Origin: Lepidodermella squamata
Taxonomy: Eukaryota > Animalia > Gastrotricha
Direction of reading: 5' to 3'
Length of the DNA: 64,000 bases
Assembly (NCBI GenBank): GCA_047495785.1
Contig: JBLDXI010000003.1
Location: 4,340,001-4,404,000, forward strand
Part shown: piece after piece, positions 1 to 12,084 of the stretch
Position numbering within the stretch: the stretch's first letter is position 1
How the letters are laid out: each line of letters opens with the position of its first letter
The notes under the pieces: generated by a model
The model's database searches: none
The model's input: the letters and a program-made list of their open reading frames with translations, nothing else
What the model was told of the DNA's origin: nothing
Translations under genes and position numbers: made by a program

Positions 1-226
1 ACGCGGATTTCACCGCGGAAAATAGAGGAAAATTCTGCGGAGGAATGCCCGCAGCTGAAGTGTTAATAGCGATAATTACTGCACATGACACAATCACCGA
101 TTGAAACTATAATAAATTATTTAAAATCGCCAATCATAAACCAGAGGTAGGAAGATTTTTGACGAAAGGCGATATTTTCAAATTAAACGTACGAAATTTA
201 GAAGATCAATAAAAAATTGCGCATAC

Positions 227-2945
227 CCTAATAAGGTCCATCAGCAGCGGTAACAGCTGTTCGGCCGTGATACCAGCAGCCGGAGCTGGAGCAGGTGGAA
301 CCGGAGGAGTGGCTGTCGCGGTCGACGAAGGAGGCCGATTCTGTAGTTGCTGTTGGTAGCTGCACTCCATGCGGACCACTGACTCGCGAAACTGGCGCTC
401 TAGGTCACGCAAATGGCGCGCAACATCAGCCAAGTCCCTGGCGGCGTTACTAAGGTCGCGGATCGCCGGCATCAACTGTCCGACAGCGTTGTTAAGCACC
501 GAAATCGACTGCTCCTGTTGTTGCTGAATCAACGCGAGCGCTTGCTGCTGCTGCTGCGATACAGCCGGTGGAACAGGCGATTCAGCAACGCTATCACCAT
601 TGACTGGCATGGTGGTTACAACACGCTGAACGTGAGTTGAATGTCCGTCGTCTTTCTTGTTGCCGGATAGGTGTTTTTTAATGCGATTCGCACTTCTCGA
701 GGCAACCTCTGCCACCAGAGCCCGTTGAACTTGGTGAATGCCGGCTTGCGCGAGGTTGGCGGCCCTTTCATAAGCTGTCAACGCCGATTCATACAGTTGG
801 CGAACAACCCATGAAGAAGAAGCGGAAGCAGAAGCCGAACGAGCGCTTTTCTCAAGCGCCTCTTCAGCCATCGCCTCGAAGGCTCTTCCTTCGAAGAAAC
901 TCGCCAGCGGGAGTTCGTTAGAGCAACTTTTCAGTAATTTCACGGCCGGCTCGTTGTTTCCGTTAATGTAGGCGTCAAATCCGAGGTAGAAGTTGGCAAA
1001 AATCAGTACGCGGTTGCGAAGATCAGCCGAAACACTGGCTCCCGCCAGTCCCTCGAGCGAAGCATTGGGGAACGGCTCAAAGAAGCGCTGTTGACGGCTA
1101 GGTGGTGCTCCGGCACCGCCGATGCTCATGCGCTGCGAGCCATGGCCATGAGACGTCGACCGACTGGCTTGCACATGTTGAAGCAGGCCGTCCCAATACT
1201 TGCAGCTGTAGACGTGGAAACGCCGAAGCTCAGCGTGCATCAAATTTGCAGGCTTTCCGTCTGACTCCGAGTTCAGCGCGTTCAAATAGTTTTCCATAAC
1301 GAATGCTTGAAAAGCTTCGGCGACTCGGATAGCAAGATGGGCCAACTTCGAGTCCATTCCAGACAAGCGGAGCAAAAACAGGCCGTCCTGTATCAATCTG
1401 AATTTCGTAAATGGATCCTGGGTAGCCTGCTGGCCTTGCGTGGATTGGCGGCCGTCATGTGGCGATGTCACTGCACGCCACCATTGCACCTGCGAAGAAG
1501 TTAGCCACACGTTTTCCCCTCCCAGCTCAGTACTTCCAAGTGAAGAAGTGAGGAAAGGCGGTTGAATGTAATCATTGTTAACATCGTCTCCTGGTGGCAT
1601 CGCGATTTCAACGCGAGCGGCGGCCATGATCACAAATGAAATTACATCAACCTGGCACAGCGCATCGGCACTAGGCGAGGCGAAATCGCCTGCCAGTGTT
1701 GATGGCAGATGGCTGCATCGTCGAAGCGCCTCTCCTTTTGCGAGAGATTCTATTACCAGTGTGTCAGAAAGGCGGTTTCCACCCGAATTCGACGGCGGAA
1801 ACAGCCGGTGCAGCTGCACCACGCACCAAACCATGGTTTGAAGTTCAAAAGAAGTCAGTAATACGCGCTCGAACAGCGCTAACAAATCCGTTGGCGTCGG
1901 AATGCTCGATGTCAATAGAGCATTTGTAGAAGAGTAAGACAGCGATGTCAAAAGCGGAGATGCATCTTTTACCTCAAGCACTTTCTTCAAACAAGCCTGA
2001 AACAAATATGATAATTTTTCCGTAATAATTAGTCAATTTAGCGGGAACTCACTTGACTTTCGGTGAGCAAATTCGGGAACTTCGAGACCCAGCTCTCCGA
2101 AGCCGCATTGCGCGCGCCTTGATAAGCCGCGCGCATCTTTTCAACGAGCATAGCTGCAGATACGGCATTAACTTGAGCATTCAGTCTCTCCGCTTGCGAA
2201 ATAATTTTGCTCTCGTTGGTGGAAGGAGAATTGGGTACTTCCGAGAAATGCGAAGAGGCGCGGGTCGACAGGTCATACGCCAAAGCCAAGAGGGCATAGC
2301 TACCGTCAGCAGTATTTCGATTTGCCGAACGATTCTACAATAGCGCATAAAATATTAAATAAGGAAGTCGATTATATATTACTGAACCTTTTTGTTTGTT
2401 TTAGCATGCAACGAAGCCACATATAGGTAAAATGCAGCTTCAGCGGCGAGAGTGACGGCTGCGTATTGCGGGTACTGCTTGATCGAAGCGTTAACCTCGA
2501 TGACGCGATCGCCCAATCTGCAAGGCAGCAAAGGTAATCTATTGCCTTCATATTGCTCAATAACTCACTCGGCAATACGCTTCTTCAGATCAGAATCGAT
2601 GTCAACCCGCTCAGATTGAAAAGTGTGCTGACAGAAATGACACATCGTCACTAGTAACTGAGAGATTGACTCCGGAGAATTGGTTTTCTAATAATTTACA
2701 TTTGAAGTTTCGGCAAGGAAAATCAAGCTTCTGCTTACTTTAAGATATGCAGTCACCTCCATAAACCATTCACTTGATGAACTGAACAGTTCATCGTATT
2801 CCGCATTAACAATCATAGGTATGCACTCAGCGGCAGAGCGATTCGCACGAAGAACATCAATACATGCTTTGATGCCTTGTTTTTCCTGTGGGTTTGAAAA
2901 CTCAACATTAATTTCCGTATCAAATAGGAAGGATATACTAACCAT
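227..2945 (-). CDS. RANBP2: RanBP2/Nup358 N-terminal helical region (5' exons; the gene probably continues off the left edge)
   Basis: Spliced model ATG(2945)|EKQGIK..., with GT-AG introns of ~50-57 nt. Motifs FSSSSEWF, DALCQVDVISFV, QVQWWRAV, RLIQDGLFLLR, KYWDGLL and RFFEPF fall in the same order as RanBP2 SSLEW, SICILDLEVFL, QKSWWDAV, LLVQHEINTLR, HYWKKVL and LFKHF. Splice donor AGG|gtatgc at 226. Confidence 0.8.
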
Positions 2946-3121
2946 TTATTACAAGTTGTTGATGAAAATGATATGATAAAATGAAATAACGCCTAGAAAA
3001 CGCAAAAGTCATATTGAATAGTCGACAAATATTGTTTTATTTGCCATCTCGACTTGCGATACTCGCTTTACAAGTCTCGCCAAAAATTGACGCTCCTCCT
3101 CAATACAAATATTTCCACTGT

Positions 3122-3496
3122 TTAAATCCTTGATGGGTACAACATCACTCGGACACGCTTTCCGATGGCCTTCGAAGGAAGGTTACGAGCGAACTTCGCG
3201 CGTACAGCACCGCTGTTGCCATGAGGACGGATGACTTTGCCCCAAATCACGCGGATGTGGCTGCGGCGATTCTCGTTCGGCACCCTGGTCTTCTTTTGAG
3301 CACGATAAACGAAGGCGCACTTCTTTCCCAGGTAAAAGTCGGCACCCTTCTTATTCTCAACGCCGTCAATGCGCAACAAGGCTTGATGTTCGTGCTGATT
3401 ACGGAGACCACGCCGGTAACCAGTGAAAACGCCGTGCACGTAGAGTCGTCCGTATTTACGGCGAGAAGTCTGAGACTTTTTCTGCGCTTCCGCCAT
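3122..3496 (-). CDS. RPL35A: 60S ribosomal protein L35a (eL33)
   Basis: [26 protein letters not shown] ... [23 protein letters not shown]...[14 protein letters not shown]; single coding exon. Confidence 0.98.
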   Translation of the reverse strand: MAEAQKKSQTSRRKYGRLYVHGVFTGYRRGLRNQHEHQALLRIDGVENKKGADFYLGKKCAFVYRAQKKTRVPNENRRSHIRVIWGKVIRPHGNSGAVRAKFARNLPSKAIGKRVRVMLYPSRI

Positions 3497-3644
3497 TTCA
3501 ATTAATATTCACAGAAGTGAACAAAACCCTATAAAAATAGAGTAACAAATCAACTAAAAGATTACCATAGAAATGAGATAGGAGATAGAACTTCAATTTA
3601 ATTGATTTGGTTCATGTTATTTAACTCAAGAGTAATTGAACGCC

Positions 3645-3650
3645 AAAAGG
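3645..3650 (-). promoter_or_regulatory. Likely 5'TOP/TCT transcription start of RPL35A
   Basis: CCTTTT pyrimidine tract ~150 nt upstream of the ATG; a putative 37-nt 5'UTR intron (gtaatc...tatag) at 3565-3529. Confidence 0.5.
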
Positions 3651-3700
3651 TCGATAGGACGCGCTCGCTCGAGTTTAACATTGAAAATTGAGCTGGGTCC

Positions 3701-4580
3701 TGTTAAGTTAGTAACGACTGGAAAGGCCTATTACTAGCTAGCATTTTGTACAGCCTTGTCGTGATCTATTAGTTAGATTATTAAGAAAAGAGAACAACTG
3801 AACAAAAACATTTCATTCCAAGTAGCGAGCGTCAGAAAAAAACAAGAATTAACAATAAGACAAGAGTGAGCTCATCGTCATTTCATGGACCGTGCACAAT
3901 CGTGACGGAAATTATTAGAACAGGTGAAGTCCAAAAAGAATATGAAATGAAATGATTATAGTTTATAAGAAAGCATGAATGCATGCCGGAATTTTATTGG
4001 CTTCTTTGCTTAACTATGGCTGCACGTAATAGTCAGATCTTCGAACTATAGTAAATCGCATTCTAATTCGAATGCAGCAATCGCGTCAGTAAGCAGTAAT
4101 TTTTGGGCAGAGATACCAAACAAAAACTATACAATAAATAATTAGCCTAAATGCTTCGAATAACGACTAAGCAATTATTGCGCCGATGTGTGTGGCGTGT
4201 TAAGTAAAAAAATCACGGCCAGGTAATCACAGGTTATGAAGACAGAAGACAGGCAGTATTCAGTATCGCCATCTCAAATCTCACACATGGCTCAAGCCAC
4301 GATAAACAAGCTGCTCTTTAAACCAGATGATGATATAAATCGAGTATCGATACAAGCTAATTGCTCATAGCTTTTCTCGTCAAACTCGTCAAATCTTGCT
4401 ACCCTATCGGTTGAACCTCTGAATCTGTCTCGTAATTTAGTTACTATATTACCGGGTTTTTGGAGCGTCATCATCATCATCACAAAGGTCTCGATTCCAG
4501 TTAAATCGAAAGAAAGCCTTGAAGAGTGGAAATCAATCAAGTTTGAAGTATCGCTTTACAGGATTTGACTACATGGTACA
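3701..4580 (+). mobile_element. Decayed Copia LTR, PBS-like site and possible gag start
   Basis: TGTTAAG...AATCACA (3701-4231) followed immediately by GGTTATGAAGACAG, resembling the copia PBS GGTTATGGGCCCAG; then a disrupted MAQATINKL.. ORF. Confidence 0.45.
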
Positions 4581-4862
4581 TGTGAACACCCAGCAGACAG
4601 GACCGAACGGACGGAAGCCCCCTCCTCAGACCATCAAGTCGGTGTAAGGTCGCTGAAAAAAACGAGCGTGGCACGGCTCCCTTCGAGGACGCGCGGGAAA
4701 AGTGCAATTTTAAAATTCATTAATAAGGTCATTTAAAAATGAATTCTATATTGTTTTTAAGACAATTGTTAAAATATATAGCTGCATGTTATTTTTGAAT
4801 TTTTGACAGAAAATTGTCTTGCGCGCACTTGTGCGATGTAACGGGCAGGTCCATCCTGGTAT

Positions 4863-4984
4863 TGTGCCATCTCTGCGCCTAACATCGAATTATCGGTGAC
4901 AGGCATAACTTATCATCCCAAGCCCTGTTAAATCACCAGGAATGGTGTCAGGGTCTAACATCCATCCATCCATCCATCCATCCA
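4863..4984 (+). repeat. LINE 3' tail fragment ending in (ATCC)n
   Basis: Near-identical to 7688-7802 and to the reverse complement of 22433-22545. Confidence 0.85.
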
Positions 4985-5212
4985 GTATCTGGGATCCTGA
5001 ACTGGCAATCATTTGAACCTTTCCGAACTAGGACCAAGCCGCATCGATGTTACGTTTCGGAATCAATAAACGTCTTTTTCGTTCTAGGCAGAGGGTCTTT
5101 GAACGTCTTTAAGATAGGATATTGCTCTCATCCTGCTGGAAAATTGCTCATTGTTAGGAATAACGGGATATGTGTAAATCTGATCCCATGCTGTTTTTCT
5201 TAGACCGTGTTA

Positions 5213-5418
5213 CACTTCGTTATTTAAATAGCAATCTCAGCTTATAATCAGCTTGTCAGCTCAGCTTATCCTGCTCGCTAGTAAGCTGAGCTTGATAAGT
5301 TTAGCTGGCTTCGGCTATAACAAGCTGAGCTTGTACGCTAAGCTAAGGTGTGAATACGCTGAGCGTACCGTAAGCTGAGCTGACTTTAAGCTGAGCTTGA
5401 TACATAAATAACGAAGTG
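5213..5418. mobile_element. MITE
   Basis: TIR CACTTCGTTATTTA...TAAATAACGAAGTG; internal AAGCTGAGC/CTCAGCTT repeats in mirrored orientation. Confidence 0.75.
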
Positions 5419-5924
5419 CAAGGGGGCTTTCTTAGGGTCGTTGAGTCTGTGTTCAGATGTGTATCTCAATACAGACAACACAGCAATCTGATAAGTATCT
5501 CAAGCTCAGGCGACACAATCAATTTTTCATTGGGAATTTCCAACGAGACCGCTATATAGGCCTCTGCTTATCAAACTTTACTCTTTTGATGCCGCCGCTC
5601 TCCTCAAACAGTTAAGTTTGCTACCAATCGACGGCAAACGCCATCTATCAGATCTTTCGAAATATATGTTATCCAATGTCACTTGAACAGATTCAGAAGG
5701 TACTTATTCACTTCTTCCCTAGAATTGTTTTACACTGCGCAAATTAGTCCGGTTCATCATAAATCGCAATGATCGTTCTTTGTGGTGAATCTGTGGTGCA
5801 ATTTTATCTACATTTACGGGCTGCTTCTACATCTAGTATACTTCGAGAATTTGCTCTTCGCGTGATCACCTTCGCCTTGTTTTACGTTCGCCTTTTGCTT
5901 GAGTGAGCTGTTCTGCCGGTGAAT

Positions 5925-6200
5925 TCGCCGTTGAGTACGTCGTGATGACAAGGATTCTCGTCCCGACAACAGCTACTCAAGAAAAGCTGATACCGTACGA
6001 ATTTTGACACGGCCGAACGTGGAAATGCTCCATACTTTCGGTTGCGTCGGATACGCGAACCTGTTGAAATCAGATATTACGCCGTTTGGAGCAAAAGCAG
6101 AAAAGCTGCGCTCTGTTGGGCTCGCGTACAATCAAAAGGGCTACAAGCGCTTCAACCTGAACACGCGAAGTGGCCGTCGATTTCAGCGACAACGAATCAA
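5925..6200 (+). mobile_element. Copia integrase C-terminal/SH3-like fragment
   Basis: PYEF*..RPNVEMLHTFGCVGY...GAKAEKLRSVGLAYNQKGYKRFN matches the Copia pattern P..LRVFGC..Y...K....FVGY...KGYR. Confidence 0.8.
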
Positions 6201-6739
6201 GGTTGAAGGAACGGCTCGAGTACCGAAACTTTCGTTTAGCCGCGAAGTATGCGCCTAATGAACTAGTCGCCATTTTGGCCATTTACCTCGGCACTCGGCA
6301 TGCAAGACGACGCCGTTCGCCTCCTTAAATCCGCGAATCGCAACGACTTGCTGTCGACAATGTACCAAGCATCGGGGAACTTGACTGAGGCGATCATAAT
6401 CGTGGAGACTGAAGACCACGTGAATACAACCTATCGCAACTATGTCAAGTAACTCGAACAGGAGGGTGATGTCAAACAAGCGGTCACGATGGACGCCTAG
6501 GCGAAAACTGAATATTACGATGTGCCGAAAATGTTGCTAATCTCGTTGACTTTGGGAGTTAGGAGTTAGCCTACTAAGAGCAAAAATGGGTTTGTCTAAA
6601 TTTATTATGGCGGATTTTTCACATCCCGAATTTTTCGAATTTTCAGCCAAGTGAAGAATGGTACGCATAATATTTAGAACCCCTCGGAGATTTGGACCGT
6701 TCTACTTTGTGGTACGAAAAGGCGGATGATAAGCTGGCA

Positions 6740-7802
6740 ACGATGGCATTCCTGAATTTGTTCTACGAGACAGCATTAGCTGCCCGGCAATGAACGCCGC
6801 TTTGGTCTCCCTATTTAACGGCATTCTCAAAGGTGATCTACTCCCAGGTGACTGGAAAACCAGTGTTGTAACCCCAATTCATAAGTCGGGCGAGAAACAG
6901 CTTCCTGAGAATTACCGTCCTATCTCGATTCTACCTGGCTGCCTGAAACTCTTCGAACGCTGCCTAGGTGAACAACTGAAACCTCGCCTGAACAGCTTCC
7001 TGTCAAAATATCAGTTCGAATTTCGCAAACACCACTCGACTAGCGGCTGTCTGGTATCGCTCGCTGAGAAATGGCTCGTAGCTGCAGCACAAAACAAGTA
7101 CGTCGCCACTGCCAGCTTGGATCTTTCAAAGGCGTTCGATTCGCTTGACCCTGCTGGGGTTATCGAATCTCTCCGTTCGTTTGGTCTTGGACCCGAAGCC
7201 CTGAACCTGTTCACGGACTATCTATCTATCCGTCACCAGAAGGTTAAAGTCGGCAGCATCTCCTCGTCGCCCTTGCCAATCAGATATGGTGTCCCTCAAG
7301 GGAGCGTCCTCGGCCCTCTTCTCTTCACCGTCTATGTTAATGAACTGCCAGAGACTATCAACGATTCGCGGTTTTCCAGTGCCTGCATGGCGAAGCACCA
7401 GTCGAGCTAATCGAGCTCTTCAGGCCGAAGACAGAGGTGAACCCAGGACTTCGCAGTTCCTCTAACGGCAGCCTTAAGGCCACGCAGTCCGACAGTGTCA
7501 CCCAAGACCGAACTTTCCTCATCCGCGGCTCGAAGGCATGGAGTCATACCGACCCCTTCATTCGTAAGCTGACTAGCTCGAAAGCCTGTCGCAAAGCCGC
7601 CTACTTGCAGGAATTCTTCATCGAGCAGGTGTCTGAATGGACCAAATAGATCATAGCTCTATTTTTATAATTTATTTTCGTATTCTATTGTGCCACTCTG
7701 CGCCTAACACCGAATCATCGGCGACAGGTTTCAACTCATCAACCCAAGCCCTGTTAAATCACCAGAATTGGTGTCAGGGTCTAACATCCATCCATCCATC
7801 CA
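6740..7802 (+). mobile_element. L2/CR1-clade LINE: RT fragment with internal deletion plus 3' tail
   Basis: WKTSVVTPIHKSG..NYRPISIL, LDLSKAFDS and GVPQGSVLGPLLF; the ORF breaks before YADD; ends in (ATCC)n. Confidence 0.92.
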
Positions 7803-8078
7803 TTCACGTTGAGATAAAACAATGATGAGATGCTTTGGAACCTAAACGCTAACGGCGGGGGCGTCGACGACTCATCATCGGCACCATCAATGTGTGCGGC
7901 TGAAATGTGGCTCTCAAGAAGGCTTGTATCCTCGGAGTCAACACTCCGGTGATCAGCGATGCTGATGGTAAATACATGTCCATTCTACCTTATTCAAGGT
8001 TCGTTAACAACGGAAGGCCACAGGTACCTTCAAAAAACGGTCTTAATCATGTGACCTTCATGTGACGGTCATAATTAT

Positions 8079-8930
8079 CCATATCCAGCGAGAACTTGAT
8101 AGCGAAAGTTAGCTAGTATGGTGGCTAAGAAGGCTGCAAGATGCAAGGTCGATATGTATTTTTGACTTGCCGATTTACTTGCCGCCGGTGTTTGGTGGTT
8201 TTTCCCGATATCGAATTACTCTTTCATTGTTTTTTTCTGATTTAGACATTTTAAATCAATTGAACTTGAAAAACTGCATAAAATGGCATTGGCATATGCA
8301 CTCGCATGGATAGCTGATATTGTTGTGATTTCGGCTACACAATCGTGCTGAAGTCCGTGAACATTTCATGAATTCGGCAGTTTCCAGCCTACAGAGTCCT
8401 TTGGTGCTTTCTAGAATGCGAAAGGCGCAGTTCGTTGTGTTCATCCTGAATTATTATTACCATTTCGGAAGCCGGCTGAATCGAACTCACCGAGAGTGGC
8501 TAGCAATATCAAGCATGCTAATGCTGCTTTTTGCAGTTTGTTTAGCTGACTACAATATTGTCCATGGGCATCATCCGGATACAAGTTCAATCACAACAGC
8601 TTGTCGAAATTTTATCAAGCGATGAAAAAGAATGCGATGTTTTGAAAACGCTGGCGTGAAGCGTTCCATTGCCGCGGATCAGAAACCTACTCTATGTACG
8701 ACAACCTCTGAAAAACGGAAAAAAGAAAGAATTCGTTGCCGCAGAAACGGAACCACCTAGAGAAAAACATCGACACGCTGAGATCGGGCGATTTCGATTG
8801 ATCACGTTGAAAACTAAATCTCCGTCGACAGCAGACTGTCTTTTTCGCTGTTAGAGTTGTTTCTTGGAACCGAGCCCACCTAGTTGGCACCTCAATCGGA
8901 AGATGAGCAGCATTTGGAGTCTTAAGACTA
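8079..8930 (+). mobile_element. Deleted copy of the hAT-derived composite at 25129-27140
   Basis: 8079-8640 aligns to 25129-25700, and 8641-8930 aligns to 26818-27140. Confidence 0.85.
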
Positions 8931-9001
8931 GGCATTTGATTTCCGCTTCTTTTTGCCAGTACCTTCAATTAACACCTTGCTCGAAACTCTAAAATAATAC
9001 G

Positions 9002-10512
9002 TTGCTTCAGGCCGATGGCCGCCCTATTCCGCCTGAGAAAATTGACGGGTTCTATGTCATCTCGATCACAATCGGCGCTGCTCAATTCACACATCGCTTT
9101 CTCGCGATTGTCGACTTGTCCCGTGATGTCATTTTAGGCCAGGACTTCATCTACCCGTCGGTGTATTCAATTAGCGTCAGAGGAATGTGCAAGTCCTTGT
9201 CTTACCAGGACGCTCTTGGATGGCGCCGTGTTGTCTACGGCCGCGCCTTACACCGCCGTCTCGCCCGCTTTCTTACGCTGAATTGGTAGCGATTACGTGC
9301 CGCTCGACACCGCGTCTAGTCGTTTCGCTGTTCGTGGCATCAACGCCGTAGGCTCCGTGGACAAGCCCTCCTGTGTGTGGAGGTCGGCTCATCGACGCAG
9401 CATCTTTCTGCTGTAGTTGTGCCTCACCTCCGCGCCCGCTCGTGCTGGGCCGCAATCACCTGTAGCACCGCCGCCAACTCGTATGGTCGCCGGCTGCGCT
9501 AGTTTCGCCTCGACGACGCCACATCTCGTCGCCTCGCATGTCCTCGCCCCGTGGGGTGGCCGCATTGCTTACGCCGTGCCAAGCCCCAAGACGTCTGGCG
9601 CACACCTGCAGCGGCTGACGGAAACCGAAGTACTTGCCGGTCTTACACGCTCGCCAGACGCCATCATGGCCGCCTACCAGGTCGATTGCCGGCGCGCTCG
9701 ACTCGAGTTGCGATTGATCGGGCCCGTACTGTACTCAACACATTCGACAAATTCAACATCGCTCTATCGGCTAAGAAGAGCGAATTCTTCGCTAAACGGG
9801 TTAAATTTTGCGGCCGTATCTACAGCGAGAAGGGCTGCGAGGTCGCTGACAACCACCTTGAAGCGATCTCCGATTTCCCTCGCCCTACCACGAAGGCAGT
9901 CCGCTCCTTTGTCGCACCGCGAATTTTCTGCGACACCACTTACCCGACTTCGCCCGCGTCGCTGAGCCGCGCTGTCGCCTCATGGGCGACAAGTTTGTGT
10001 GGACGCCGGAGTGCGAAAGCGCTTTCCAACGCTTGAAGACCGCTCTAGCATCGCCGCCCGTCCTCGGCTTCCCGAACTTTCGCCTGCCTTTCCGCCTCAT
10101 GACCGACGCCAGCGACTACGATTTGGGCACGCTGTTGCTGCAAGATCAGGGCGGTAAGCCGCGCATCATCACGGCTCACAGCCGCCTGCTGACCCCGACC
10201 GAGCGCAATTACAGCTCGCTCGACAAAGAGTGCCTTGCGATCGTCTTCGGCCGCGAGAATAACTGGGAGATGTTGCTCGGGCAGCCATTTGTCATTGAGA
10301 CCGACTGCCGTGCACTCCTGTGGCTCAACTCGATGATGACGCCCTCCAAGCGCCTCTTTGGCTATATCGAGAAGCTGTCGGGCCTGGACTTCACCATCGT
10401 CCATCGCCCGGGTCGCCTCAACTACGCCGATGGCCTTTCGCACCAAATGCCTGATGATGAGTCGCCGCACGCTCTCCGCAGCCGTCGCCTTCAAACAAAT
10501 ACGCCTCGCTAG
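9002..10512 (+). mobile_element. Gypsy/Ty3 pol remnant (protease end, RT C-terminus, RNase H), frameshifted
   Basis: DVILGQDF; KKSEFFAKRVKFCG; WTPECESAFQRLK.L.SPPVL; TDASDY..G..L.Q; ERNYSSLDKECLAIV; ETDCRAL; HRPGRLN.ADGLS. Confidence 0.93.
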
Positions 10513-10569
10513 CAGTCGCCGACTCGCTGCGTCTCGAACCCGCCGAACTCCGTCGCGCTCAACTTAGTG

Positions 10570-11875
10570 ATGCTAACTACGCTCCGGTCCTCCGCTTTTT
10601 CTGACTTTTTCCACCTACTGACATGGCTGATTTTGCTTCATACCTTGCAGGTATTAGGGCAGGTTGCTGTTAATGGCACCATTTTTTCGGATATGTTGAG
10701 CTCTCAACCAGTAAGATTTGAGGCATTTCTGGCCATTCCTGCGGGCAAATCCGAAAAATAGTGCTAGCTATAGCTCGCTTCGCTCGCGCTACCACAAACG
10801 CGCTCTGATTACAGGACTCTCTAGGTTTTCTGTAATGGTAGCTTCTCGAGTGTCGCAGATCAATTCAATACTCAATACTTTAGTACTTATGCGAAGACAC
10901 AAAGTTTAGCTGGAACCCTGCCTCCTTTCCTCTGCGGCTGTTAACGTATTCGGAGTGGACAGCATATTCTTTATTCTTGTTTATATGACGTTTTAGCATG
11001 GGGATTTAAGACTTTCTCTTTCGTCTAGTCTTTTAATAATCTTGTTTGTAGAGCTTTGCTTAGATCATGAACCTTGAGCTGCGGGCTTATCACCTTGTCT
11101 TGTGGCTCACCTCTTGTGTTGTTAAATCACAAAATTCTTGTAGATGTTGTATTTTCTATTTAGGCCATTAAATGCTGCATCATCCTGAAAATGGCAATTC
11201 GATGCCTGTGCTTGCACGTGTGCCCCTGAATGGCTAGACAGCAATATTGGATGGATGGGTGATATGGGAACTCGGCTGGAAAAAGTCTCCGGCACTATCA
11301 ATCAAGAGTGCGTCATCTGCTCAGGAGCTGGCAGGGAGCTTGTTTGTGCCCGCCCTTCAACTTACCCGATTAACTTGTCATCATGCAGCGTCATCACACT
11401 CAATTGCGTACCATTTGGCCGTGTGATTATCATAACTACAGCTTGGAGTAGAACATGACCAGAAATGGTGGTAGCGGTTGTCAAATCTCTGACTGTGCCT
11501 TAATGTTCGACAAGCAGCCGATTGATTGGCCTGATTGGCCGGGCCGAGTTACCATGATTACTTCATCGTTCACCTGTCAATGGCAGCTTAGATAGTTCGG
11601 TATTGCATTTCTCTGTCTCAACAAAGCAATCAAAAGTATCTACAGCACAATGCAGGAAATGCTATATTCAGTCGATTCAGGCCCTGGTGGATTTACTTAC
11701 TGGAAGCAGACTTATGACACAATGTCGCTCGCCGAGTTGAATTATGGATCTTCAGATCGTATCAATCAATTCAATCTTCAAGTTGTGGCTTTTTCAATAC
11801 TGTTTGGAATTCATACCTTTATTTTTATCTTAGGAATGGTCACTGCAATCAAACTGCTGAGTTTCGACATCGTGA
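10570..11875 (+). pseudogene. Decayed intronless type I membrane glycoprotein (env-like or viral relic)
   Basis: Signal-like LLTWLILLHTLQVLG; Cys-rich segments; NxS/T sequons; C-terminal hydrophobic VVAFSILFGIHTFIFILGMVTAI; several stops and frameshifts. Confidence 0.45.
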
Positions 11876-12084
11876 AGCGGATCAGAAACCTGCTCTATGT
11901 ACGACAACCTCTGAGAAACGGAAAGAAGAAAGAATTCGTTGCCGCAGAAACGGGACCACCTAGAGAAAAACATCGGCACGCCGAAATTCGCTATTACATT
12001 GGGCGATTTCGATTGATCAAGCTGAACACTAAATCTCATCATCTTCGTCGAATGCCGACAGCAGGCTGTCTTTTTCGCTGTTCG
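11871..12084 (+). repeat. Third copy of a dispersed repeat (also at 8642-8930 and 26819-27140)
   Basis: Shared GCGGATCAGAAACCTGCTCTATGTACG...GCCGCAGAAACGGGACCACCTAGAGAAAA. Confidence 0.85.
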
